Source of the DNA: Pseudomonadota bacterium
GTDB lineage: Bacteria; Pseudomonadota; Alphaproteobacteria; Caulobacterales; Hyphomonadaceae
DNA length: 64,000 nt
Assembly: GCA_039818185.1 (NCBI GenBank)
Contig: JBCBUI010000016.1
Location: 2,158-66,157, forward strand
Reading direction: 5' to 3'
In this document: positions 8,183 to 18,269 of the stretch, piece after piece
Numbering within the stretch: the first letter of the stretch is position 1
Layout: each line of letters opens with the position of its first letter
Program-made: the position numbers and the translations under genes
Notes under the pieces: model-generated
The model's database searches: none
Told to the model about the DNA's origin: nothing
What the model saw: the letters and a program-made list of their open reading frames with translations, nothing else

Positions 8183-11100
8183 TTAGTATGACACCCGGAC
8201 CCCTGCGAGCACAGAGCGACCGAAGCCTTCCACCTCATAGACCCGAGACGTGTTGCCATTATAGCGACGGCCAAACTCATCGGTCAGGTTGTTGGCATCC
8301 AGGAAGTACGTGATGTTCTCATTCTGAGCGTAGCGGAAAGAGAAGTCGAGCGATGGACGCTCATCCCAGAAACGGTCCAGACGTTCATCGCCGAGATCAA
8401 TTGCATTCAGCCATGGCGAACGGTACTGATACGTCAACCGTGTCGATACACCGTACTTTTCGAAAAAGACAGATACGTTGTAGGTTTCGTCAGAAGCGCC
8501 AGCCAAGCCTGATTCTCGCGAGGTTCCGTCGTCATCCACCGGCGTCTGGGCGGAGTCTTCAGACTGGGTGTAGTTTAAGCTCGCACCAAAACCATCCCAG
8601 GGTTCCGGCAAGAAGCCGAACTGCTGAGAGTAGTTCAATTCGAAACCAGTGATTTCAGCATCGGAGCCATTCTGTGGACCACTCAGACGAACGGTCGAGC
8701 CTGGTCCAAACCCGAATTCTTCGCCATTGAAGGTTCGTGTGACGCCGAAAATCGGGTCGTCAATATCTTTGTAGAAAACTCCAGCGCTTAAAATCCCACG
8801 ATAGGGCAGGTACCATTCTGCGTAAGCGTCAATTGAGCGCGAGCGGAATGGCTCAAGGTCAGGGTTGCCGCCACTAATGAAGATGAGTCCATCACCTTCG
8901 CCATCGATATCTGAGTCTTCATCAATTTCGCGGCGTGGAGCGAGGTCATCAAAAGCCGGACGGTTGATACTCTCCGTATAGGCCAAGCGGAAAACCAGGT
9001 CTTCACGAGGGCGGTAATTGAAATGAATGGATGGGAAGAAATCGATATAGTCGTCCGAAGCGGTGATCTGAGTGACCAAACCGCTATCATAGAGTTCATC
9101 TAGCGTGACGCCTCGGTCGCGACCTGCTTCCAGGAAATCTTCCAGGTCGTCATTGGCAACAGCGGAGTTTGCCGTTGCGTCCCATTCGGTTTGTTCCAAA
9201 CGCCCTCCGACGATTATGTCGAAGTTGTCAAAGCGGAACGTATTCATCAAATAAGCGGCATAAATATTCTCTTCAAACTCATAGAAGTTTTCCCAGATAT
9301 TGCCTTGGGTGAGGATCAGATTGTTTGCGCGCGCGGCTGCGAAAACCTCGTCACGGCCATTGAACGAGCGATCTTCACCAAACTCAAACATGGCAGGTTG
9401 GGGGAAAGTCGCGCGCGACAAATTACCCGTGAGGATGTTCGCATAATCGGTGTTTACGAAATCGTTGATATCATCTCCGACCTCGAGATCCGTATCATCC
9501 AAAGTGCCTTCAGAAAGTGCCGCGCGAGCACCGAACTTCAAATCCGAAGTAATCCCAAATGGCTGCCACGGATACTCGATATCAAACTGACCGAAATACT
9601 GTTCGACCACTTCCTCGGTATCTGAAATCTCCAAATTCTCGAAGACAAACTTCGAAATTGGTGGTCCAGGAAGGCGGTCGCCCAACGTATAACCCTCTGG
9701 GTTGCTCGCAGAAATCGCATTTGGATCAATGACCGTATCATACACTTCAACGATCGGAGCGTCGGGAACCGTATAGTCATAAGTGACTGAGATGCCATCG
9801 TCGCCATTATTGATGTCATATTCCCAATAGGCGCTATCTGGTTCGCGCGCATTAATGGTTTCATTGAAACCTGCTGACCATTCAAGGCTGAAACGATCGA
9901 AGTCGCTTTCGCCGCCAATCTGCGTGTTGAAGATCGATTCAATATCTTCGCGCATATTGAATGTCGCATCCAATTCGACGCCATAGACGGTGCCCCTGAC
10001 GGGAGTGTTTCCGATGGCTACACCGCCAATGATCGGATCATCGTCATCGATGTCGCCGTACTCAGCATCGTCCAAATCATAGATATGTTGATCGCGTTGT
10101 TCAAAGTCCGAGAATTCGGAGAAGACTGTGTTCCAAAAGAAGGAGTGGTTGTCATTCGGACGGAAGTCGAAGCGCAAATTGCCGGAGGTATTTTGGCGCT
10201 CGAGCCGATAAAGACGGAAATCTGCTTGGTTCGGGAAGATTGTGCCATCGACATCCTCGAACCGGTTTTCGGTGTTGTCCGTGATTTTGTTGTCGTGGAA
10301 GAAACTGCCGGATGCCAGGACACCGAGCTTTCCATCGAAGAAGACATTGGAAACGGTCAGCTGAGAGTTGAAAAGCTCGCCGCCACCAAGTTCTTTCACA
10401 CCTAATGCAAGTTCGGCGTCTACGGACAAGCCTTCGCCCTTGTCGAAGGCGCCGGATGTTTCGATGTTGATGAAACCACCGATAGAGTCAGCCGGGAGGT
10501 CCGGCGTGATCGCTTTTACAACTTCAATCGATCCGATCACATCGTTCGGAATGGTGTCAAACCGTGCGCTTCCGTTACCGGCGGAGGGTATTGCAACTCC
10601 ATTGAAAGCGATCGTAGAGAATCCGGCTGGTGCACCGCGGACATTGACGAAGCGGGCTTGACCCTGGTCGCGTTCGATCGAGATACCAGGAACCCGGCCG
10701 AGCGCGTCAGCCGCGTTCCGGTCTGGGAAGCGACCGATAGAGTCAGATGCGACAATGTTGGAAACATTGTCATTATTCTTCTGGCGAGACAGCGCAGCTG
10801 CTTCTGAGTCCGCGATTGGCGTGCCGACGACCATGATCGTGTCCTGCACCAGATCGGTTCCGAGACGGACTAATCCAATTTCGATGACTTCCGTCTGCCC
10901 AGCAGCGATTGTTACTGTCTGTGTGACTTCGGTCCGTCCAACATAATTGATTGTGACTTCATGTGTTCCAGCAGGTACGCGACGAAGCGCGAAACGGCCT
11001 TCTGAATCTGTTTCCGTGGTCAGGTTAAGCGCCGGAATTTCGACCGCCGCACCGCGTAAGAACGTGCCTTGAGCAGCGTCGGTGACCACACCGTCCAGAC

Positions 11101-11227
11101 GACCGATTTCTTCGGATTGTGCCGCGGCTGGTACGGTTAAGGCTGAAATGGAACCAGCTGCAAGACCGCCGAGCGCAAGCCCCCTGGCGGCGCTCAAGAG
11201 CGTTGCTTTTCTGAGTAACGAATTCAT
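8183..11227 (-). CDS. TonB-dependent receptor with N-terminal carboxypeptidase-regulatory-like domain
   Basis: 1014-aa ORF with a signal peptide (ALTVPAAAQS). CarboxypepD_reg-like segment (GVVTDAAQGTFLRGAAVEI...TDSEGRFALRRVPAGTHEVTINYVG). Plug motifs (NVRGAP, FNGVAIPSAG). Terminal beta strand ...LAGVRVSY. Confidence 0.9.
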   Translation of the reverse strand: MNSLLRKATLLSAARGLALGGLAAGSISALTVPAAAQSEEIGRLDGVVTDAAQGTFLRGAAVEIPALNLTTETDSEGRFALRRVPAGTHEVTINYVGRTEVTQTVTIAAGQTEVIEIGLVRLGTDLVQDTIMVVGTPIADSEAAALSRQKNNDNVSNIVASDSIGRFPDRNAADALGRVPGISIERDQGQARFVNVRGAPAGFSTIAFNGVAIPSAGNGSARFDTIPNDVIGSIEVVKAITPDLPADSIGGFINIETSGAFDKGEGLSVDAELALGVKELGGGELFNSQLTVSNVFFDGKLGVLASGSFFHDNKITDNTENRFEDVDGTIFPNQADFRLYRLERQNTSGNLRFDFRPNDNHSFFWNTVFSEFSDFEQRDQHIYDLDDAEYGDIDDDDPIIGGVAIGNTPVRGTVYGVELDATFNMREDIESIFNTQIGGESDFDRFSLEWSAGFNETINAREPDSAYWEYDINNGDDGISVTYDYTVPDAPIVEVYDTVIDPNAISASNPEGYTLGDRLPGPPISKFVFENLEISDTEEVVEQYFGQFDIEYPWQPFGITSDLKFGARAALSEGTLDDTDLEVGDDINDFVNTDYANILTGNLSRATFPQPAMFEFGEDRSFNGRDEVFAAARANNLILTQGNIWENFYEFEENIYAAYLMNTFRFDNFDIIVGGRLEQTEWDATANSAVANDDLEDFLEAGRDRGVTLDELYDSGLVTQITASDDYIDFFPSIHFNYRPREDLVFRLAYTESINRPAFDDLAPRREIDEDSDIDGEGDGLIFISGGNPDLEPFRSRSIDAYAEWYLPYRGILSAGVFYKDIDDPIFGVTRTFNGEEFGFGPGSTVRLSGPQNGSDAEITGFELNYSQQFGFLPEPWDGFGASLNYTQSEDSAQTPVDDDGTSRESGLAGASDETYNVSVFFEKYGVSTRLTYQYRSPWLNAIDLGDERLDRFWDERPSLDFSFRYAQNENITYFLDANNLTDEFGRRYNGNTSRVYEVEGFGRSVLAGVRVSY

Positions 11228-11469
11228 GGACTTTCCCTCTTGCTGTCCTGGAACGGAGACGTTCAGGGAGGGCGAGTACCGATGGGGCGGAAAACTAAAA
11301 CGACGGTTTGGCGAAAATTTCTCGAAACTTTCCCGACAGAAATGTGAACTAATGGTTAATTTGTCGGTGGCCAGATTTGACTGCTCAATGTGTGGTCAGA
11401 CCTGTCCATTTCATATGCGATCTCGCGTACCAATTTTTTGGTATCTGAACGGCAGCGCTGACATCAGTT

Positions 11470-13374
11470 CTATTTCTGGAGGGTGAAGGAATCTCGCATC
11501 GCGCCCTGATCGTCATGCATGCGGTACTCTAGCTTGTCTCCGAGGATTGAGATCAGGGAATAGCCATAACCTTGATACGTCTTGGCCCATCTCAGGTCAG
11601 GCTGGCGCGGACGATCTGAGAGGTTTCCGCCGCCGCCGCCAAGCTGAACATAGATCACGCCATCGTCCTGCGGGCGATCGTCGATCATGGGCCAAGACCT
11701 GAGATAATTGTGGTGATGTCCGACGAGCACCAGGTCGACTTGATGCGTTTCGTAGAGATCTACAAAATCCGAGACCAGTTCCGGATAGCGTTCCGACAGG
11801 ACCGGATGATGATGCGTGGCGATTTTCCAGGTCGCGTCGGAGGCGCCTAGAGCGTGATCCAACCAAGCACGCTGCTCGGCGCGGAAATTTGGTTGATCTT
11901 CCCGGACCGTGACATTGGAGTCCAGAACGAAGATCTCAACATCGCCATAACGGAAATTATAGTATGAGCGCGCAGGGCCGCGATCCGCATGATAGCGATC
12001 AAACCAGACATAATCATGCTCGCCATTTCCCATGACGGGCAGCACCGGCATCTGCGCCATCAGGTGACCCATGGCGGCGAAATATTCATGCGTCCACTCC
12101 ACACGCTGATCGTGCCGTCCGCCATCGGTCAGATCGCCTGCATTGATCAGGAAATGCGGGGTTTCGCGCCAGATCAGATCTGCCAGGTGGGCGTTGACAT
12201 GGGGCCTCGCTTCGGTGTCGGAAATCGCAGCGAAAACAACTGGATCGCCCGGCTCAACCGCCGTTCGGAACGACAATAAGCCGGAATTCACTTCATTGCC
12301 GGCGCCGTCATCCAGGGTCACGCGGTAAAAGTATGCCGTGTTCGCGCGAAGACCCGTCAATTGCGTTTTGGTCATCCGCCCGCTCGACATGGAAATTCTT
12401 TGGGTGTTGCCGAGCGCAGGCGTGGTTCCCCATTCGACAAGGGCAGCGTGCGGCCGGTCAGCTTCCCAGGTCAATTGGATACTGTCGGTCGAAGGGAGCG
12501 CGACATGCGGCGCTGCCGTGGTGAAGTGGAACTGATCGCGAAAATGCACGGCCTTGTCGACCAGTTCGCGATGGTCCTCAAATCGACCGGCAATTTCGGA
12601 CGCTGATAAAGCGCGATCGTAAAGCGCAACATTGCGGACCAGATTCCCCAATTCCATATGTGGTTCGCTCTGCAGATAAGCGGCAATTTCAAATTCTGTC
12701 CCTTGTGGATACGCGTCGCGCTCTGCGTCGTCCAATTCGGCCAAAAGGTCACCTTGGTGGTACAGACTTAGCTTCCCGGCTTCGAAGACGCCGACCAGAT
12801 GGTGCCAATACCGATCGACGCCGCGGCGATACATGCCACTTTCGAGATCTTGCACCACTTTGCTGGATTTCAACTCGATCACGGGCTGTGTGAGACTTTT
12901 GTCTCCGACACTAAAATGAACGTCGCCCTGCCAGAATCCAAACTGCCAAATCGCGGGTCGATTGTGATCGGCATCAAACGCCAAGGCTGCCGCGCCGACC
13001 GGCTGGTCGACATGATACGTGACCCAGAACTCAACAGAGAAATCGCCGTCCGGCAATCGCTCCTTTTCGAGCAATCGACGTTGTCGATCCGTCGCAAATT
13101 GCCCCAACCAGTTGCGCTGCGGGGACAGGCGATCCGACAAGGGTGGCGCCACGGTTTGAAGATCCGGAACCTCATTCGAAACGACGCCCGAACGACCTGG
13201 AAGCATATATGTCGGCCAGAACAGCCATTCCTCGATCAAGCCTTCCAGCGGAAGCGCGGGCCGCTCAAGCGTCGCTTCTGCGGGAGCTTCCTGATGACCT
13301 GGATGGGCGGCTGCGAGACAGACACTGCTGAGCGAAACAAAGGCTGCGATAAGTCCGATAATCCGCCTGATCAT
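11470..13374 (-). CDS. Secreted metallophosphoesterase (purple-acid-phosphatase-like) with N-terminal LamG/concanavalin-like region
   Basis: ORF 11470-13392; likely start at Met7 (MIRRIIGLIAAFVSLSSVCLAAA signal). Calcineurin-like motifs ISDTE, GDLTDGG, GNGEHD and VGHHHNY. A FN3/PAP-N-like segment precedes them (SIQLTWEAD...YFYRV). The N-terminal ~280 aa are assigned LamG-like only by general pattern. Confidence 0.7.
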   Translation of the reverse strand: MIRRIIGLIAAFVSLSSVCLAAAHPGHQEAPAEATLERPALPLEGLIEEWLFWPTYMLPGRSGVVSNEVPDLQTVAPPLSDRLSPQRNWLGQFATDRQRRLLEKERLPDGDFSVEFWVTYHVDQPVGAAALAFDADHNRPAIWQFGFWQGDVHFSVGDKSLTQPVIELKSSKVVQDLESGMYRRGVDRYWHHLVGVFEAGKLSLYHQGDLLAELDDAERDAYPQGTEFEIAAYLQSEPHMELGNLVRNVALYDRALSASEIAGRFEDHRELVDKAVHFRDQFHFTTAAPHVALPSTDSIQLTWEADRPHAALVEWGTTPALGNTQRISMSSGRMTKTQLTGLRANTAYFYRVTLDDGAGNEVNSGLLSFRTAVEPGDPVVFAAISDTEARPHVNAHLADLIWRETPHFLINAGDLTDGGRHDQRVEWTHEYFAAMGHLMAQMPVLPVMGNGEHDYVWFDRYHADRGPARSYYNFRYGDVEIFVLDSNVTVREDQPNFRAEQRAWLDHALGASDATWKIATHHHPVLSERYPELVSDFVDLYETHQVDLVLVGHHHNYLRSWPMIDDRPQDDGVIYVQLGGGGGNLSDRPRQPDLRWAKTYQGYGYSLISILGDKLEYRMHDDQGAMRDSFTLQK

Positions 13375-13458
13375 GTCGCTACCCCCCTTCACAAAAAACT
13401 GACCTTCGCGCTTAGGGCGCGGTCGTGACAGGCATGTTAAGGATTCATGTTATGTCGA

Positions 13459-13986
13459 TTACATGGCTCCGGGTTGTGGACGCTGCGCGACGAATGACAT
13501 GATCTTTTGTACGCAGTCTTCGACCCTGAGTTTGCTGCTATCCAGTCGTAAATCCACATCCGACCACGGGTGATACACTCTGGCTTGTACTTGCGCCCAT
13601 GTCGGTAAGGGATGGCCGTGCAAATCGGCTGAGCGTGTCTCAACGCGTGCCTGGTGCACGGCGATGTCTGTGCAAATGATTTCGATATTGATCAAGTCTG
13701 CATCGGCCGCCTTCGCGGCCTCTGTCCACAAGCGCCGAGAGTCCGGAACGGGGTTCACTGTATCGGCAATCACATTCTGGCCGAGTTTCAGATTGCTGAC
13801 GGCAATCCCACAAATCGCGCGATATCCCGCATCCTCTGCATGTTCGATTTGCAAAGCACTCTCGCGCAGCGCGGATTCCACCACATCCACTCTGAGATAG
13901 AGGGCCGGAATCTGCTGTGTCAGCGCTTTGGCGATGGTGGTTTTACCGACGCCAGGAAGTCCGGAAAAGGAAATCAAGATGGGCAT
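13459..13986 (-). CDS. P-loop kinase / AAA_33-type ATPase
   Basis: ORF 13459-14010; likely start at MPILISFSGLPGVGKTTIAKAL (Walker A). Small, ~175 aa, typical of the gluconate-kinase/zeta-like kinase fold. Confidence 0.55.
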   Translation of the reverse strand: MPILISFSGLPGVGKTTIAKALTQQIPALYLRVDVVESALRESALQIEHAEDAGYRAICGIAVSNLKLGQNVIADTVNPVPDSRRLWTEAAKAADADLINIEIICTDIAVHQARVETRSADLHGHPLPTWAQVQARVYHPWSDVDLRLDSSKLRVEDCVQKIMSFVAQRPQPGAM

Positions 13987-14068
13987 TTTGCACGTTCGCT
14001 CAATCGTCACCTTCTGTCTTTAAAGAGGCGAGATCGGCGTTGGCTTCAAGCAGAAATTCAAGGGCAAG

Positions 14069-14464
14069 ATGATCAAAGGCGCCTGCCATTGTGGAAACGT
14101 CGAGTGGGAACTGGACACCCATCCTCAGTCAGTCTTGTCCTGTAATTGTTCGCTTTGTCATCGCCAGGGCGCGCTGTGGGCATACGGCATTCTAGGCAAA
14201 GATGTAACGATTTCGGGAGCGCCCAAGGCCTATAGGCGGGGGGCAAAACCGCAGATTGAGTTTATGTTCTGTCCAAATTGCGGATGCTTGACGCATTATG
14301 TGATGCTGAGCCCCGATGAAGATGGTGACCGGCGCTGCGCTGTCAATTTGCGGATGGCTGAATTTGATAAGGTGGCAGACATCAAGGTCCAGCGCTTTGA
14401 TGGGCGAGAGACATGGTCGAAACTGCCCAGTGCCGGGGTCACGGTTCGAGATTTATGGGGATAG
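14069..14464 (+). CDS. GFA/CENP-V family zinc protein (glutathione-dependent formaldehyde-activating-like)
   Basis: 131 aa with the characteristic Cys pattern GACHCGNV...CNCSLC...CPNCG. Confidence 0.8.
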   Translation: MIKGACHCGNVEWELDTHPQSVLSCNCSLCHRQGALWAYGILGKDVTISGAPKAYRRGAKPQIEFMFCPNCGCLTHYVMLSPDEDGDRRCAVNLRMAEFDKVADIKVQRFDGRETWSKLPSAGVTVRDLWG

Positions 14465-14587
14465 ATTTGCCAGTCCCTGCGCCACTTAGACAAATTTCCG
14501 GGTTCACGGTCAGTAATCTTCCAGGCTTTCATCTGGATGACACGATGACCCAGTATCGTTGTCGAAACAATTAGGGACGGCTTGAAG

Positions 14588-15562
14588 ATGGTGAAAATCG
14601 CTTCATGGATGGGATGTATCGCTTTGGCGATCACAGTTTTGGCCTCCTGCTCAAGCGACTCAAAACCTGCAGAACGTCAGCATGCAGATGATTGGCGCGC
14701 GGAATTGCCACGACTGGAAATGGGAACATCGGCGTCCGAAGATGAACCGATCGCTCTGCTGCGGGTGAAGGCGCGTCAGGACTTCCTTGAGGACGCGCTT
14801 GGCATTCCGGTCAAGGTCTATCAGGTCAGCAACTATAATGGCATCATTCAAGCCATCTCGTCCGGTCAAATTCATATCGCTACCATGGGCGGCGGATCTT
14901 ACTCCAACGTCCATTCCCAAATCGGTGAACTGGCTGAGCCGATTCTGGTGCGACGCGATTCAATGGGTATCTCCGGGTATTACTCTTCCATCGTAGTGAA
15001 AGCAGATAGCCCATATCAGAAGATCGAAGACCTGAAGGGCAAATCACTGGCTTTTGTCGATTTCAACTCAACATCAGGTTACATTTTCCCGCGTTGGGCG
15101 ATGAGAAATCAGGGGATTGAACCCGACGACTATTTCTCCGAAGCTGCGATGGCGGGTGGGCATATACAATCCGTGATGGCGCTTGAGAATGGGCAGTTTG
15201 ACGGCACGGTGGTCCTTGCCAGCGGCGGTACACCCGAAATCGGGTTTGGAACTGGCACGCTCAAGCGGTTGGCGCGGCGAAACATTATCGAATTGGATGA
15301 CTATCGCGCCATCTGGTATGCCGGACCATTGCCAAATTCCCCTTATGTCATGCGAACCGATGTGCCGGTCGAATTGCGCGATTTCGTGCGCGGGGCAATG
15401 GCGGCGATGCCTTATGAGCAGCCTGGTACGTTCCGGGATATGGCTCGGTTACCAGGGACCGCCTACAAAGCCGTGGATCGCAGCTTCTACACCGACTTGT
15501 TCGAGATGCGAACCGAAGAAATCGCGTCGCATCGAAAGCGCGCGATCGGCGGGAGCAAGTAA
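14588..15562 (+). CDS. phnD: Phosphonate/phosphite ABC transporter substrate-binding lipoprotein
   Basis: The ORF opens at TTG 14582; ATG 14588 gives MVKIASWMGCIALAITVLASC with a lipobox. Body shows PhnD-like blocks (VSNYNGIIQAISSGQIHIATMGGGSY, FVDFNSTSGY). Directly upstream of the phnE genes. Confidence 0.85.
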   Translation: MVKIASWMGCIALAITVLASCSSDSKPAERQHADDWRAELPRLEMGTSASEDEPIALLRVKARQDFLEDALGIPVKVYQVSNYNGIIQAISSGQIHIATMGGGSYSNVHSQIGELAEPILVRRDSMGISGYYSSIVVKADSPYQKIEDLKGKSLAFVDFNSTSGYIFPRWAMRNQGIEPDDYFSEAAMAGGHIQSVMALENGQFDGTVVLASGGTPEIGFGTGTLKRLARRNIIELDDYRAIWYAGPLPNSPYVMRTDVPVELRDFVRGAMAAMPYEQPGTFRDMARLPGTAYKAVDRSFYTDLFEMRTEEIASHRKRAIGGSK

Positions 15563-15567
15563 GTATA

Positions 15568-16488
15568 ATGATTTCGACTGTTTCACGTTTTTTCAGCGTC
15601 ATGTGGCTTTGCGCCTTTTTCGGGCTGGCTTTGAGCCCGTCGAGCACCGCGCAAGACGATGCATTTATGATCGAACCCATCCGCATGGCGCTGCCGCTCG
15701 CGAATGTCACTTCGGATGGCGCTGGATGCAAGTCAGCGTCTGAGCTTCAAGATATGAATGCACGCGCCTATGCCGACATATTGGAAGCGCGGTTTAACAC
15801 TGACGTCACGCTGTGCCTTACGGAGACTTATCAAGAGGCCGCTCAACTGGCGGCGCAAGGCGACGTCAATTTCGTGTGGATTGATCAGGGCAGCGCCCAG
15901 CCGCTTTTGGAAACGTGGCGCCCCATCCTGACATTGCGCGACCATAATGGACTTGGGCGCGTACCCTTTGTGGTCTTTGGATTGCCAGGGAGTTCCAGCG
16001 CCGCGCAAATTACCTCAATGAGTGAGGCTGATCTGGCGTTCCTGGGGCGTCCGCCCAAAACTCTGAACTTCGATTTAGCGCGCCAATTTTTGGCCGACTT
16101 CGGGGTTGAGACCGTCGATTCTTCCGAAACTCGCGAATTCTCATCCATAGAGGCCCTTTTCGACGCGGTTGAGACGGGGGCTGCGGAAGCTGGAATCGTC
16201 GAAGGTGGTACGTGGGGGCGTAGCTGTAACGTGCTCGATCCGACATCTGATCTATGCAATCACCTAGAAGTTCTCATCTATGATCGCCCGCGCGCAGAAT
16301 TCGCTTTCTTGGTGCCAAATGATGTAGACGTAGAACGACACTATCGCTTCGTTGGCGTGCAAATTGCGCTTCATTTGGAGCATCCAAATGTATTTCAATG
16401 GCTTAGCCAGGGAGAAGGTTCGGAATACGACCCGACCGAACCCGCGGCGCTGCATCCTAAATCAGCTGACTCAGCGATCGTATTCTAA
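15568..16488 (+). CDS. Second, divergent PhnD-fold periplasmic binding protein
   Basis: 306 aa with a signal peptide (WLCAFFGLALSPSSTAQ). Has a Y..EAAQLAAQGDVNFVWID block analogous to PhnD. Located between phnD and phnE. Much weaker similarity than 14588-15562. Confidence 0.5.
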   Translation: MISTVSRFFSVMWLCAFFGLALSPSSTAQDDAFMIEPIRMALPLANVTSDGAGCKSASELQDMNARAYADILEARFNTDVTLCLTETYQEAAQLAAQGDVNFVWIDQGSAQPLLETWRPILTLRDHNGLGRVPFVVFGLPGSSSAAQITSMSEADLAFLGRPPKTLNFDLARQFLADFGVETVDSSETREFSSIEALFDAVETGAAEAGIVEGGTWGRSCNVLDPTSDLCNHLEVLIYDRPRAEFAFLVPNDVDVERHYRFVGVQIALHLEHPNVFQWLSQGEGSEYDPTEPAALHPKSADSAIVF

Positions 16489-16491
16489 GAC

Positions 16492-17436
16492 ATGAGTGAT
16501 GCAGGTTCAGCCGCGGCGACTGCCATACCGGGTCCTTCGCCGAACTCATCAAAAGCTGTCGTCGAAAATTTTGAAGGCGAACGCCTCGCCATGCTACGGC
16601 GTCGACGAATAGGGTTTGCGGTCGCCTTTCTCGGCATTGGCGCGCTTTTCTTGTGGTCATTTACAATCTCAGAAATCATCGGCGCGGAGCATAGCACTGA
16701 CCCATTGTCGCGCATGGGTGATTTCCTCGTGCTAATGAATCCAAACTTAAAGACTGAGACTCTGTTCGAAGACGCCACAACTTCAGGCTCATTTTTGAGT
16801 TGGTTTTATGGATGGCGGGTTTGGATTGATGCGCTCTGGGAGACATTGCAGATCGCAATCATTGGATCGGTATTGGGGGCTCTTTTTGCCATGCCCATCG
16901 CAATGATGATGTCGCGCAATCTTATGCCAATCTCGGCTGTTCGTTTCGTATTGCGGCGCCTTTTGGAGGCAATCCGCACGCTACCGGATCTGATCGTCGC
17001 GTTGATCTTGGTCGCCGCATTTGGAATTGGTCCGTTGGCGGGGATAATCACGATCACGCTCTCAACGACGGCCCGCTTGGGGAAGCTCTACTCAGAAGTC
17101 AACGAGAATGCAGATATGCGTCAATGGATCGGGGTTAAGGCCACCGGCGCGTCCTGGTGGAGTCAGGTTCGTTACGGCATCTTCCCACAAGTTGCGCCCA
17201 ATTATGCCTCTTATGCGATGTTGAAATTTGAAGGAAATATAAGCGCGGCGGCGGCGCTGGGGATTGTCGGAGCAGGTGGCATCGGGATCGAATTGTCACG
17301 TGCGATCACATACACGCTATTCGCGGATTATCTCGCTATCTTGCTCATGATGACGTGTATGATCTTCGTGATTGATCTGCTGTCTGAGTGGATTCGGCAT
17401 CGTCTCATAGGTGACTCTGCGAGCGGAGCATTATGA
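16492..17436 (+). CDS. phnE: Phosphonate ABC transporter permease
   Basis: 314 aa, multi-TM, with permease blocks ETLQIAIIGSVLGALFAMPIA, EAIRTLPDLIVALILVAAFGIGPLAG and AAALGIVGAGGIGIEL typical of PhnE. Confidence 0.85.
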   Translation: MSDAGSAAATAIPGPSPNSSKAVVENFEGERLAMLRRRRIGFAVAFLGIGALFLWSFTISEIIGAEHSTDPLSRMGDFLVLMNPNLKTETLFEDATTSGSFLSWFYGWRVWIDALWETLQIAIIGSVLGALFAMPIAMMMSRNLMPISAVRFVLRRLLEAIRTLPDLIVALILVAAFGIGPLAGIITITLSTTARLGKLYSEVNENADMRQWIGVKATGASWWSQVRYGIFPQVAPNYASYAMLKFEGNISAAAALGIVGAGGIGIELSRAITYTLFADYLAILLMMTCMIFVIDLLSEWIRHRLIGDSASGAL

Positions 17437-18269
17437 TGACTAAGGCGTCTTATGACCTGTTGTTTGCAGAAGCCGAAGCAATAGCACCGGGCTTAGTTCA
17501 CCGAACGCCGTTAGATCATATTCGCGGATTTGCTCCGTTCGTTTTGGGCATTCTAGTCTTCATCTGGATCTGCATCGATGTGAATCTGTCACCGGCAACG
17601 TTTTTGAGCGGAATGGGCAAGCTCGGGGACTTTTTAGGAAATATGTTCCCGCCGAGTTCAGGGGGGCAATTGCCGCGAATCCTGAATTCACTATTGCAGA
17701 CATTTGGGATGGCCTTTGCAGGGACGTTTTTAGCCGTCATTTTTGCGATCCCCTTGGGCATTATTGGCGCCAAGAATATTGTGAGCTTCGCGCCAGCGCA
17801 TTTCCTCATCCGGCGCGTCTTCGATTTCTTCCGGGGTATACCGGCCCTGATCTGGGCCTTAATTCTCGTCTCGCCCTTCGGTCTTGGTCCTCTTGCAGGT
17901 GTTATCGCGCTGGCGCTTGCAGATATTCCTGTACTGTCAAAACTGTACGCGGAAGCGATTGAGAATGTTGACCGCAAACCGATCGAAGGTCTTCGGGCCG
18001 CGGGCTGCGGGCGGTTGGATGTAATACGCTATGGTATTGTGCCACAGGTGACGCCGATCATTCTAAGCCAGGCTCTATACTACCTGGAGTCCAATTTCCG
18101 GAACGCCGCCATTCTCGGCGTTGTTGGGGCTGGAGGGATTGGCTTTGAGTTGGAAGAGCGCATTCGTATCTTTGCGTTTGATGAGGTCGCTTTCATCATC
18201 TTATTGTTCATGATCGCCGTGGCGTTCCTGGATACAATATCAGGCCACCTTCGACAAAAGCTCGCTTAG
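17433..18269 (+). CDS. phnE: Phosphonate ABC transporter permease (second copy)
   Basis: 278 aa; start overlaps the upstream stop (ATGA). Same PhnE blocks (LLQTFGMAFAGTFLAVIFAIPLG, FFRGIPALIWALILVSPFGLGPLAG, AAILGVVGAGGIGFEL). Confidence 0.85.
   Translation: MMTKASYDLLFAEAEAIAPGLVHRTPLDHIRGFAPFVLGILVFIWICIDVNLSPATFLSGMGKLGDFLGNMFPPSSGGQLPRILNSLLQTFGMAFAGTFLAVIFAIPLGIIGAKNIVSFAPAHFLIRRVFDFFRGIPALIWALILVSPFGLGPLAGVIALALADIPVLSKLYAEAIENVDRKPIEGLRAAGCGRLDVIRYGIVPQVTPIILSQALYYLESNFRNAAILGVVGAGGIGFELEERIRIFAFDEVAFIILLFMIAVAFLDTISGHLRQKLA

Noticed and set aside
11228-11469. Possible riboswitch (e.g. cobalamin) in the 242-nt leader upstream of the 1014-aa TonB-dependent receptor
   Set aside because: I could not find a B12 box or any other conserved riboswitch core on the minus strand. 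The region may simply be an intra-operon spacer after the LamG-phosphatase gene.
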